64,000 nucleotides of DNA from an uncultured Methanosarcinales archaeon (GTDB taxonomy: Archaea; Nanobdellota; Nanobdellia; Woesearchaeales; JABIAG01): NCBI GenBank assembly GCA_964544335.1, contig CAZJAJ010000001.1:29199-93198 (forward strand). The letters run 5' to 3'. A program made the translations under genes and the position numbers. Positions within the stretch are counted from its first letter, which is position 1; each line of letters starts with the position of its first letter. The notes beneath the pieces are model-generated. The model ran no database searches. It saw nothing but the letters and a program-made list of their open reading frames with translations, and had not been told where the DNA came from. This document shows positions 39,331 to 48,477 of the stretch, one piece after another.

Positions 39331-39531
39331 CTAAACAGAGAAATAATCTTTCTCATTGATGTTTTTTGGTTTGACTTCTGCCTTGAAGTAGGTAATCATC
39401 TGTTTAATGGCTTCTTGTTTAGTTTTCAAATTATTGACTAATTTGTATATCTCAACAATTCTATCCTCTTCCGATGATAAATCAATTTGAATTTTAACCA
39501 TTATATATCGCCACGATATATGGAAATACAT
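39331..39531 (-). CDS. small hypothetical protein (66 aa)
   Basis: ORF; first gene of cassette 1. Confidence 0.3.
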   Translation of the reverse strand: MYFHISWRYIMVKIQIDLSSEEDRIVEIYKLVNNLKTKQEAIKQMITYFKAEVKPKNINEKDYFSV

Positions 39532-39556
39532 TGAAATATATAAATCTTTCTGATAA

Positions 39557-39758
39557 AAAAAGAAAAAAAGCGATCGTTACTTCGCTCCTTTTTGCCTACC
39601 ACACCCAAAGTATTCGCCTAAGGATGCTAGGTCTCGTTTCTGCTTAAAACGTCTAAAAGTCCAAAATTCCTTAATTTCAGACTTTTTACTCTTTGGTGGT
39701 TTAGTGACGCTTTTTTGAAAATCCGCCATAACTACTACACAATGACGAAAGATTTATA
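39557..39758. repeat. R2 copy a, ~202-bp non-coding repeat module
   Basis: ~96% identical to 41212-41414 (six substitutions, one 1-nt indel); ends in the GAAAGATTTATA core shared with the R1 start. Confidence 0.85.
39569..39594. terminator. hairpin plus T-run (agcga-tcgttactt-tcgct-cc-ttttt), bidirectional terminator-like element inside R2
   Basis: Perfect 5-bp stem; poly-T on the plus strand and poly-A upstream (T-run on the minus strand). Confidence 0.35.
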
Positions 39759-39965
39759 ATGGCTAATTATAGCTACCACTACGTTAAAACGGATAATTTC
39801 ACCTTTTTAACCAAAAAGCGATTTGGCGTCGTAATGACGCTTTCCTCGAATCCGTCATAAGCAGATGAATTTTCTGAAAAAAACAGAAAAAAGCGAGCGG
39901 AAACTTCAGATGACAGCGGAAAAGTCATTCTCAGGTTATGCTGTCAAAAGAAAGTGAATTAAGAA
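39747..39965. repeat. R1 copy b, 219-bp repeat module
   Basis: Identical to 37106-37324. Confidence 0.9.
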
Positions 39966-40004
39966 AATCTATTAATCGTTGAGAATTCAATTAATAATTT
40001 ACCT

Positions 40005-41174
40005 TCAATAAAAGAATCTTCCGTTAGGAGTAGCATTTGGAGTTGGCTCCTTGATTTTGTGAGCATATGCTTTTACAACATCTTCAAATTCTTTAAAATC
40101 AGTAGTTCTAAAATGTTGTAATGCTTCTTCTAAATCTCCTGTAATTACATAAGGTTCTCCTGTGAAAATAGAATTTTTACAATCTTGTTTTCTTCCCATA
40201 GATGTAAAGATAAAAGGAGCTTCTTCAAAGCCTGGAGCAGATGAAGTCCTATATTCGGCTACATTAACAGAACCACTTCCTCTGAACATTGGTTTTTGCA
40301 TATCAAATTTACTCATGTGCCCTAAAAAATTATTTGAAAAGTATAACATTGGCTTTGTAGATGTTGTGTATGTTCCTTGCATATACAATGAACCATCATC
40401 ATCATCTTTAGCAACACCTAATAGATAAACTTCCTCTTTTGATCCAACATAAACAAAATCTCCATGTTCTAAATCTTTAGTTGCTCTTGTCAACCAATCA
40501 TGTGCAACCCACATATTAAAACTACCATATGAAGGTTTTCTTGAATCACCGTTGCTTTTAAATCTATTAATCAATCCAGTGATCATGTTTCCTTTAGTAA
40601 CCCATTTAGGCATTTCTAAATCAGTACCTCTATTCTCAAGAAATGGAACTACATTTCTTTCGAAATATCCAGGTCTAGTAATCTCTTTTAATTTATCAAC
40701 CAATAAACTTTCATCAGCAATAACAGTTACACCATCAACTGTTTTTTCAACACGACCATCTCCAAATTTGTTTGCTAGAGTTAAATATAGGTCGGTGTGA
40801 CTTTCAGCAGAAGGCAGATACAAACCAAATTCCTGATCAAAATCAAAGTCAAGTCTGTGAGTTCCAAGAATTTCTATTCTTGCTTTAGCAGTAATTCTTT
40901 TTGAGGGATCTTTATGAGTATATGGATCGCCTTCTTGTGGCATCAATATATTCCCTATACACATTATGCTTGTATGTCTATTGGCTCGAACTCTCAATGG
41001 ATCGCTAGAACCAATTTCAGCACCTTCATATTTTAACAGAGAAACAGAATCTCCAAACTGAATCAATATATTTTGTCCTTTTTCTAGAGGTTCAACTACT
41101 TGTTTTACTGGAAGTAGCATATTATCTAAAGATTCAACTTCATTACTATTTGTAGTAGCTAATTGTTCCCCCAT
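40005..41174 (-). CDS. hypothetical protein (389 aa), sole gene of cassette 2
   Basis: Long ORF, no recognised motif. Confidence 0.4.
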   Translation of the reverse strand: MGEQLATTNSNEVESLDNMLLPVKQVVEPLEKGQNILIQFGDSVSLLKYEGAEIGSSDPLRVRANRHTSIMCIGNILMPQEGDPYTHKDPSKRITAKARIEILGTHRLDFDFDQEFGLYLPSAESHTDLYLTLANKFGDGRVEKTVDGVTVIADESLLVDKLKEITRPGYFERNVVPFLENRGTDLEMPKWVTKGNMITGLINRFKSNGDSRKPSYGSFNMWVAHDWLTRATKDLEHGDFVYVGSKEEVYLLGVAKDDDDGSLYMQGTYTTSTKPMLYFSNNFLGHMSKFDMQKPMFRGSGSVNVAEYRTSSAPGFEEAPFIFTSMGRKQDCKNSIFTGEPYVITGDLEEALQHFRTTDFKEFEDVVKAYAHKIKEPTPNATPNGRFFY

Positions 41175-41211
41175 AACTACTTGAAAATAGTATTTATATA
41201 TAAATTTAATT

Positions 41212-41414
41212 AAAAAGAAAAAAAGCGATCGTTACTTCGCTCCTTTTTGCCTGCAACACCCAAAGTATTCGCCTAAGGATGCTTAGGTCTCGTTTCTGCT
41301 TACAACGTCTAAAAGTCCAAAATTCCTTGATTTCAGACTTTTTACTCTTTGGTGGTTTAGTGACGCTTTTTTGAAAATCCGTCATAACTACTACACAATG
41401 ACGAAACATTTATA
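41212..41414. repeat. R2 copy b, ~203-bp repeat module
   Basis: See R2 copy a; ends with the core variant GAAACATTTATA. Confidence 0.85.
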
Positions 41415-42438
41415 TACTCACCCAGCTACACAGGCCATAATGACCGAAAAAAAAGAGTCAAAAATAGTAACATTTCTAGGAGCAGCAGCTCTTGCTACAT
41501 ACATTACAGGAGCACTGTATCACGCCATCAGATCAGAGCCAGATACAAAGCCTAGCAGAATTGAACATATTGTAGAAGAACCTAAAGAAAAAAAGGTAGA
41601 GAATATAGAGGTCTCAGTACCAAAAGCATACGAAGCAGTAAAACATCGTGTAGTTAATGGAAAGATTCCAGTTACAGTAAAGTATGGATATAACAAAGTT
41701 GACCTCCAAATCCCACTTGAAGAATATCTTCAATCAGTTGCTATTTCAACTGCCGAAGGTCCAATGAATGAACACTATGAACAAGTTATTCAGCACGTGT
41801 TTGCTAGTAACTACGATAGTCTTGATCCCCTAGTAAAAGAAATTAAGGGAAGATACTATAGGCGAGACGGATTCGAAGATGCCTCACGCATGTTCTTTAA
41901 TGGCAATAATATTAGATATGTGCTTGACCAAGACAATAGATACAATCAAGACGGTAAAAGAGTACTACGAATGGAACTTCCAAAAACACCTATTCAAACA
42001 CTTGTTGATGGTACTGGAGATTGTGAAGATTTCTCACTTGCACTAGGATATACTCTACACAGAACAGGAAAAGACGTATGTATTGCAACCATGTATAGAA
42101 CAGATGAGAATGGTGAAGTAAAGGGACATACAATCATGGGTCTTGAAGAAGATGCACTAGGTATTGAATACGATGAACTACTTGATCAACTCAATGCCAT
42201 TGGAAGCAATCGAGCAAGAACAAAGAGATATGTTAATTCACACGTTACTGCGCAAACAAGCGATGGACCAATTACCTACAGACTTATTGAACCACAGAGA
42301 GAAAATAAGAAGTGGGAAAGTGATACCATTGGCGACTATGTACTGCAAAGTATCTACATTCCAAAACGAAATGAATGGATAAGGGCAGACCACCTTACTC
42401 GAAAAGACGTTGTGAGTGAACACCGTAAAAACTATTAG
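41371..42438 (+). CDS. transglutaminase-like cysteine protease superfamily protein, membrane-anchored
   Basis: GTGDCEDFSLALGYTLHRTGKDVCIATMY matches the transglutaminase-like core (G.C..F......R..GIpaR); TM helix near the N-terminus. The likely start is the internal MTEKKES at about 41443, outside R2. Confidence 0.6.
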   Translation: MKIRHNYYTMTKHLYTHPATQAIMTEKKESKIVTFLGAAALATYITGALYHAIRSEPDTKPSRIEHIVEEPKEKKVENIEVSVPKAYEAVKHRVVNGKIPVTVKYGYNKVDLQIPLEEYLQSVAISTAEGPMNEHYEQVIQHVFASNYDSLDPLVKEIKGRYYRRDGFEDASRMFFNGNNIRYVLDQDNRYNQDGKRVLRMELPKTPIQTLVDGTGDCEDFSLALGYTLHRTGKDVCIATMYRTDENGEVKGHTIMGLEEDALGIEYDELLDQLNAIGSNRARTKRYVNSHVTAQTSDGPITYRLIEPQRENKKWESDTIGDYVLQSIYIPKRNEWIRADHLTRKDVVSEHRKNY

Positions 42439-42630
42439 ATTTTCTTTCATTTTCTCGTCGATAAAAAGACAGCATATAGAAAAGTATTTAAGCAAGTTCA
42501 TACACATTGCATACACCTGTTTAGCAGACGAAAAAGTCTGCAAGTGGTAAGACGAACAACTCGATCAACGTTTGCTAGGTAGGTAGATTATTCTCTTATG
42601 TTTAGAGCTCCATCATATATGTAGTAGACG

Positions 42631-42861
42631 TTGGTCTTGTACGGAGGCCTTAAATTGGCAGCAAAAAAAACAAGTAAAAAAGCGGTAAAGAAATCAACTA
42701 AAAAAGCAGTGAAGAAAGTTGCTAAAAAAGCAACCAAGAAAGCTGCAAAGAGCGTAGCTAAAAAACCTGCTAAAAAAGCAGTAAAGAAAACAGCAAAGGC
42801 AGCAGCACCTAAAAAGGCTGCTAAGAAAGCTGTAAAAAAGGCGAGCAAAAAGAAACGATGA
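42631..42861 (+). CDS. Lys/Ala-rich basic protein (histone H1 / AlgP-like KKAAKK repeats)
   Basis: 76 aa, about 45% Lys; repeats of KKAVKK/AKKAAK. Confidence 0.5.
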   Translation: MVLYGGLKLAAKKTSKKAVKKSTKKAVKKVAKKATKKAAKSVAKKPAKKAVKKTAKAAAPKKAAKKAVKKASKKKR

Positions 42862-42971
42862 GTGAAGCACTTTACTTTGAAGAAAAAATGATCGGCTTTG
42901 GAACATCCTATGACGACAGCGACGATGATGACGACTGGGATGATGACGATGACGACGACGATTACAATTAA
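42858..42971 (+). CDS. poly-Asp acidic micro-protein (37 aa), translationally coupled
   Basis: Manual translation MSEALYFEEKMIGFGTSYDDSDDDDDWDDDDDDDDYN; its ATG overlaps the stop of the basic protein (ATGA). Confidence 0.35.
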   Translation: MSEALYFEEKMIGFGTSYDDSDDDDDWDDDDDDDDYN

Positions 42972-43026
42972 GAAATAAGGAAGTAAACTAACGTACCTCC
43001 TTGGATCATTTTTTTATTTTTTTTCT

Positions 43027-43767
43027 TTATTGTCTTGGAATAATATATGCAACTTCTTTTCCAAGCACAGTACCTGGCACACGTACTTCATCTGGCACAT
43101 AACCATATTGTTCTAGTTGATCAAACATAGATCTTGCTGCAAACTCAGGATCTATTTCTGAGTACAGGTGTGCAAGTTTTCGAGCAGATTCAACTACTCT
43201 TCTTCTAGTAACATTACAGCAAGGATTAAAAATAAGGTTATCTAATTCGGATTGAATAACATCGCGTTTACCAACCACTTCAATTCCATCTTTTTCTATA
43301 CTTTGAATACCATATTTAGGATGATTAAAATTACATACATAGTCAACATATTGTTTCAGGTTTCCTTGTAGAGTAACTGGCCATCGTTCCCTTGAAGGTC
43401 CTTTCCAATCAAGATATCCTGCACACTTCATTTGCGGAATATATGAGGATAGTTGACTAAAATCTTCATTTACAACATACACTTTTGGAAAAATATCTTC
43501 TAGCTCCTGTAAATCAGGGTGTCGCCACACGCCTTCCCCAGTATGACAGAGAGTAACTCTATCCGTAATAAAACGAGTGAAATGATCAAGTGTAATACGA
43601 GCTCTCACATCATCGGTTTTTTCTTCTTCGCGATCGATATACACTCGAGCAAAATCTCCACGCATATTATTTTCAGGATCATGTAACTCGCTTTCACAAA
43701 TATAACTCATTTGAGTTTTTTTTCCAATACGACAATGATGTAAAAGTACAGTAAATGAAGGGAACAT
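43027..43767 (-). CDS. hypothetical protein, paralog A of a tandem pair
   Basis: Shares the FPKVYVVNEDF...KGPS block with 43813-44505. Confidence 0.35.
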   Translation of the reverse strand: MFPSFTVLLHHCRIGKKTQMSYICESELHDPENNMRGDFARVYIDREEEKTDDVRARITLDHFTRFITDRVTLCHTGEGVWRHPDLQELEDIFPKVYVVNEDFSQLSSYIPQMKCAGYLDWKGPSRERWPVTLQGNLKQYVDYVCNFNHPKYGIQSIEKDGIEVVGKRDVIQSELDNLIFNPCCNVTRRRVVESARKLAHLYSEIDPEFAARSMFDQLEQYGYVPDEVRVPGTVLGKEVAYIIPRQ

Positions 43768-43812
43768 AGCGTGCTGAAAACAAGATGGTATTTAAAAAAT
43801 TAATGGAGAAGA

Positions 43813-44505
43813 TTATTCCATCCAATACGCAAGTTCTTTTTCAATACCAATGGTGCCTTTTTTAGGAACTTCTTTGAGGGTAAATCCCATGTGTTCGAGT
43901 TTTGATTGTACTTGGTGTTCAATACCATCAAGGCATTGCCCTGCACCTTTTTTTATTGACTCATCAGCAATAAGTTCAGGAGTAATATTACTTGTTAAAT
44001 TTGATGTTACTGACTTATACACATGCTCTGCAACAATGTCTGAAAAGACTTCATCAGGAAGGAACATCCCCATATACTGCTCATACTTTTCTACTGAAAG
44101 CCAGTGAGTAAACTCACCTATAAAACACTCAGTCCCGGTTACAGGGCTTGGGCCAGACCAAGTATTTTTCCCATAGGCATTTATTTTTGAAGGTGCATTA
44201 AAAAGATACACATTATTATCAACATTAGAAACAAATACTTTAGGAAAGAGGCGTAATAGATCATTATCATCAGCAGAGCGATACTGAACCGCATCTGCAG
44301 AAAATGCACGTGGAACCATAGCACACTGTTTTGCAAAATAGGTAAAACGACCCATGATAAATCCTAATGGATTGTCATAAAAGAACTTTTCAGGAACACG
44401 ATTTCTAAAGATAAGTAATGGAGTTTTCCTGGCATCATATGCCATTACCGATACCACATCATCTAGCACATGACAATCCAATAATACGCCGTTTTCTTCA
44501 TCCAT
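43813..44505 (-). CDS. hypothetical protein, paralog B of a tandem pair
   Basis: LFPKVFVSNVDN...WSGPSPVTG is similar to the neighbouring gene. Confidence 0.35.
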   Translation of the reverse strand: MDEENGVLLDCHVLDDVVSVMAYDARKTPLLIFRNRVPEKFFYDNPLGFIMGRFTYFAKQCAMVPRAFSADAVQYRSADDNDLLRLFPKVFVSNVDNNVYLFNAPSKINAYGKNTWSGPSPVTGTECFIGEFTHWLSVEKYEQYMGMFLPDEVFSDIVAEHVYKSVTSNLTSNITPELIADESIKKGAGQCLDGIEHQVQSKLEHMGFTLKEVPKKGTIGIEKELAYWME

Positions 44506-44854
44506 GAGGTGATGTGTAAGGGTCGTATTTTATATAGATTTGTGATTAAGAAGTGATTCCATACAAGTAGTAAGAACTACGTATTTTAAAACACCAGAGG
44601 AAATAGAAAAATCGCGGGATAAAAAAATTGCTTATTTGCTTGCACTTCTTGGATTAATATTTTTCACAGTACCAAAAGCAATGCTAGAACTAAGAACGCC
44701 TTGGAATGAATAAAAGATTACTTTGTATTATTAGAAAATCAATTTAACACCGATCGATTTAGGCCTTTTCTCCGAAACCTTTATAAAGAAGTGCATCCCA
44801 ACTCATCTTAGTTGATCTTAAGTCAACCAAAAACAATCAAAAAGGTGTACAAAA

Positions 44855-45376
44855 ATGGTCGATAAAAACGAACAATTACAAGAAGAACAAAAGAATGACG
44901 TGCTAGAAGAAGCACTTGATAACGCAAAAAGACAAGCAGAACACAACACCGATGACAAAGTCAAAGAACTCACCTCTACTATACAACACCTCCAAGCTGA
45001 CTTTGAGAACTATCGGAAACGAACAGAAAAAGAGCGAGTAGAACTCAAAAGTCTCTTCAAAAAAGACTTTCTCAAAAATATGCTCCCTACGTTAGATATG
45101 TTTGATCTTGCACTACAGCATAAAAGCAACCATGAAGAATTCCTTAAGGGAGTTGAAATGATTTACGCTCAATTTCTAGGAACACTAGAAAGCGAAGGCG
45201 TTGAAGAAATTAAAGACACAGAAAACTTCAACCCAAGCAAACACGAAGCTGTACTTACCGATGATGGTGAGGATGGCAAGATCCTAGAAGTATTACAAAA
45301 AGGCTACACGCTCAATGGTGAAGTTATCCGATGCACCAGAGTTAAAGTAGGTAAACAACCAAAGGAGACGCAATAA
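44855..45376 (+). CDS. grpE: nucleotide exchange factor GrpE
   Basis: [15 protein letters not shown]... core GrpE motifs; upstream of dnaK. Confidence 0.9.
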   Translation: MVDKNEQLQEEQKNDVLEEALDNAKRQAEHNTDDKVKELTSTIQHLQADFENYRKRTEKERVELKSLFKKDFLKNMLPTLDMFDLALQHKSNHEEFLKGVEMIYAQFLGTLESEGVEEIKDTENFNPSKHEAVLTDDGEDGKILEVLQKGYTLNGEVIRCTRVKVGKQPKETQ

Positions 45377-45377
45377 A

Positions 45378-47207
45378 ATGGCAGAACAAGGAAAAGCAAT
45401 TGGAATTGATTTAGGTACAACGTTTTCTGCAGTTGCAGTAATCGAAGGTGGTAAACCAACCATTATACCTAATGCAGAAGGAGATAGAACAACACCATCA
45501 GTAGTACTTATCAAAGACGGAGAGAGAACCGTTGGTAAGCACGCACGAAATCAGGCAGTAATGAATCCTGAACATACCATTAGATCCATTAAACGATTGA
45601 TGGGTACTGATGAAAAAGTAAACATTGATGGAAAAGACTACTCACCACAAGAAGTATCAGCAACTATTCTACAAAAACTCAAAGCAGATGCTGAAAGCTA
45701 CCTTGGAAGAAAAGTTACTGATGCAGTCATTACCGTTCCAGCATACTTTAATGATGCTGAACGTCAAGCAACAAAAGATGCTGGGAAAATTGCAGGTCTA
45801 AATGTACTTAGAATTGTAAACGAACCAACCGCAGCATCTTTAGCATACGGGCTTGACAAATCACAAGACCACACCGCACTTGTATTTGATTTTGGTGGAG
45901 GTACGTTTGATGTATCTGTACTAGAACTTGGCGATGGCGTCTTTGAAGTAAAATCTACTGCAGGAGATAATAGACTTGGTGGAGATGATGTTGACCAAGT
46001 AATTATTGACAAACTCGCAGAAGACTTCAAGAAAGAACAAAATATTGATCTTAGATCTGATAAGCAAGCACTACAGCGACTTAAAGAAGCTGCAGAAAAA
46101 GCAAAAATTGAACTGAGTTCAAAACCAACAACTGATGTAAACCTTCCGTTCATCACCTCCGATGCAAACGGTCCAAAACACCTTACTCGAACCATTAAAC
46201 GAGCTGAGTTTGATCAATGGATTCAAACAATCCTTGACAAGCTCAAAGGACCAACACAGCAAGCAATCAAAGATGCTGGCGATGTAAAAATTGACAAAGT
46301 AATCCTGGTAGGTGGTTCAACACGAATCCCTGCAGTACAAGACATTGTTAAGAAGATTACTGGCATTGACCCTGACAAATCCGTTAACCCTGATGAGGCA
46401 GTAGCACTTGGTGCTGCAGTACAAGCAGGTATTCTTGGCGGAGAAGTAAAGGATGTATTGCTTCTTGATGTTACACCTCTAAGCCTTGGTATTGAAACAC
46501 TCGGTGGTGTTTTTACCAAATTAATTGAGCGAAACACCACCATTCCTACCAAGAAGTCTCAGATCTTCTCTACTGCAGCAGACAATCAACCTGCAGTAAC
46601 AGTTCGAGTCTTCCAAGGGGAACGATCCATGGCAGCAGACAATAAACTGCTTGGTCAATTTGATCTTGAAGGTATTCCACCAGCACCACGAGGTGTTCCA
46701 CAAATTGAGGTGACATTTGATATCGATGCAAATGGTATCGTAAATGTTAAAGCAGTGGACAAAGGAACCAATAAAGAGCAAAAGATCACCGTGACCGGTT
46801 CTAGTAACCTAAGCGATGATGAGATCAAGAAGATGCAGGAAGCTGCAGAACAACACGCTGAAGAGGATAAGAAAAAAGCAGAAGAAGTAATCCTCTACAA
46901 TGAAGTGGATAACTTGATCTATCAGTCTGAGAAGATGAAAGATGAGTACAAGGATAAACTTGATAAAGCTCAGCTTGAAGAACTCGATAAAGAACTTGAG
47001 GAAATCAAGAAACTTCGTGACGAAAAGAATACAGACGCACTTAAAGCAAAGATGGACGAATTAAACAAAAAGGTCCAAGAGATGGGCGCGGCTATGTATA
47101 AACAGCAAGCAGAAGCTGCTGCTCAAAATCCTGATGAAAAGAAGGATGATGGCGTTGTTGATGCTGAAGTGGTTAACGAAGAGAAGACTGACGATAAAAA
47201 AGAATGA
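45378..47207 (+). CDS. dnaK: molecular chaperone DnaK (Hsp70)
   Basis: [34 protein letters not shown] and EEVD-like acidic tail. Confidence 0.97.
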   Translation: MAEQGKAIGIDLGTTFSAVAVIEGGKPTIIPNAEGDRTTPSVVLIKDGERTVGKHARNQAVMNPEHTIRSIKRLMGTDEKVNIDGKDYSPQEVSATILQKLKADAESYLGRKVTDAVITVPAYFNDAERQATKDAGKIAGLNVLRIVNEPTAASLAYGLDKSQDHTALVFDFGGGTFDVSVLELGDGVFEVKSTAGDNRLGGDDVDQVIIDKLAEDFKKEQNIDLRSDKQALQRLKEAAEKAKIELSSKPTTDVNLPFITSDANGPKHLTRTIKRAEFDQWIQTILDKLKGPTQQAIKDAGDVKIDKVILVGGSTRIPAVQDIVKKITGIDPDKSVNPDEAVALGAAVQAGILGGEVKDVLLLDVTPLSLGIETLGGVFTKLIERNTTIPTKKSQIFSTAADNQPAVTVRVFQGERSMAADNKLLGQFDLEGIPPAPRGVPQIEVTFDIDANGIVNVKAVDKGTNKEQKITVTGSSNLSDDEIKKMQEAAEQHAEEDKKKAEEVILYNEVDNLIYQSEKMKDEYKDKLDKAQLEELDKELEEIKKLRDEKNTDALKAKMDELNKKVQEMGAAMYKQQAEAAAQNPDEKKDDGVVDAEVVNEEKTDDKKE

Positions 47208-47360
47208 ATGAAGCAATAACTATTGCTGCTCTTCTTCTTATTTTTCTTTTTGTAAGAAGAGTTGTTAAGAATTCGATGATCTCTGCAAAAAAAACGCGAA
47301 TCATCAAAGATGAATTACTTGACATAGTGAACAATCCAAAGTACAAAGTGAGGGGCAAGT

Positions 47361-48431
47361 ATGAGTAAGGACTATTACAAGATTCTTGGTGTTGAAAAAA
47401 ACGCATCTAAAGAAGAGATTAAGAAAGCATACAAGAAACTTGCAAAAAAATACCACCCTGATTTAAACAAAGACGACCCAGAAGCCGAAGCAAAGTTCAA
47501 GGAAGCATCAGAGGCTGCTGCAGTACTTGGCGATGAGCAAAAGAGGCAACATTACGATCAATTTGGCACCGCAGATAATCCTTTTGGCGGTGGACAAGGC
47601 GGTCAAGGGTTTTCTGGATTTGAAGATATCTTCGGAGACATTTTCTCTGGTTTTGGCGGATTTGGTGGAAGAGGTAATCGACGGCCAACACGAGGAAACG
47701 ATCTACAGTACGAATTATCAATTACGCTCGAAGAAGCATACAAGGGCGTTGAAAAACAAATTAAAATTCCTAAATACGATACTTGCAAAGCATGTTCTGG
47801 TTCTGGTGCAAAGTCACCTGATGCAGTAGATACCTGTGGTACATGTCATGGACAAGGTGTGGTGAATAGACAAACACGAACACCGTTTGGTGTGTTTAAT
47901 ATGCAATCCACCTGTCCTTCCTGTAAGGGAGATGGAAAAACAATTACTGATCCGTGTATGGAGTGTCATGCAAGCGGTAGAGTTGAAGTAACCAAAAATA
48001 TCAAAGTTAAAATTCCAGCAGGTGTGCACACCCGTTCACAACTACGTGTTGCAGGCGAAGGAGAGGCAGGAGAACATGGCGTACCACCTGGCGATTTGTA
48101 TGTATTTATCCACGTAGAACAACACGATGTATTTACACGAAAGAATGATGACATCATAATCAAACATCAAATTCCATTTTCCATGGCAGCACTTGGCGGA
48201 GAAATTGATGTGCCAACACTTGATGGCAAAGCAACACTCAAAGTACCTGCAGGGACCACTGCTGGAACTATTCTAAGAATGAAAGGACGAGGTATCCCAC
48301 ACCTTGGCAGGTCATCATCTGGTGATTTACATGTGGTGATTGACATCCAAGTACCTAAGAAAGTGTCCAAAAAAGCACGAAAGCTCCTTGAAGATCTTGA
48401 CAAAGAGATTGAGAAGAAGGGCTGGTTCTAA
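47361..48431 (+). CDS. dnaJ: molecular chaperone DnaJ (Hsp40)
   Basis: J domain with HPD (KKYHPDLNK), G/F-rich region, four CxxCxGxG repeats. Confidence 0.95.
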   Translation: MSKDYYKILGVEKNASKEEIKKAYKKLAKKYHPDLNKDDPEAEAKFKEASEAAAVLGDEQKRQHYDQFGTADNPFGGGQGGQGFSGFEDIFGDIFSGFGGFGGRGNRRPTRGNDLQYELSITLEEAYKGVEKQIKIPKYDTCKACSGSGAKSPDAVDTCGTCHGQGVVNRQTRTPFGVFNMQSTCPSCKGDGKTITDPCMECHASGRVEVTKNIKVKIPAGVHTRSQLRVAGEGEAGEHGVPPGDLYVFIHVEQHDVFTRKNDDIIIKHQIPFSMAALGGEIDVPTLDGKATLKVPAGTTAGTILRMKGRGIPHLGRSSSGDLHVVIDIQVPKKVSKKARKLLEDLDKEIEKKGWF

Positions 48432-48477
48432 ATACACTCAAAGATACATTTTTATAGTATTATTCTAATATAACACC

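Noticed and set aside
37325-41174. Integrase, transposase or DDE/HUH recombinase within the repeat-bounded cassettes
   Set aside because: None of the seven ORFs shows recognisable recombinase motifs by eye. The 389-aa unknown protein remains the only candidate and needs profile searches.
41206-41409. 67-aa ORF inside R2 copy b
   Set aside because: The same region in R2 copy a carries a 1-nt indel that changes the reading frame after residue ~34. A protein-coding gene is therefore unlikely. It is kept only as a possible leader peptide in the findings.
44700-44855. CIRCE (HrcA) element upstream of grpE
   Set aside because: No TTAGCACTC-N9-GAGTGCTAA-like sequence is present. Only a short 5-bp-arm inverted repeat was found.
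45764-46781. Several 80-140-aa antisense ORFs inside dnaK
   Set aside because: They are spurious. dnaK is unambiguous and these have Ser/Pro/Ala-rich composition typical of the antisense strand of a GC-richer gene. Similar antisense ORFs within the S-layer gene (16153-17847) were also discarded.
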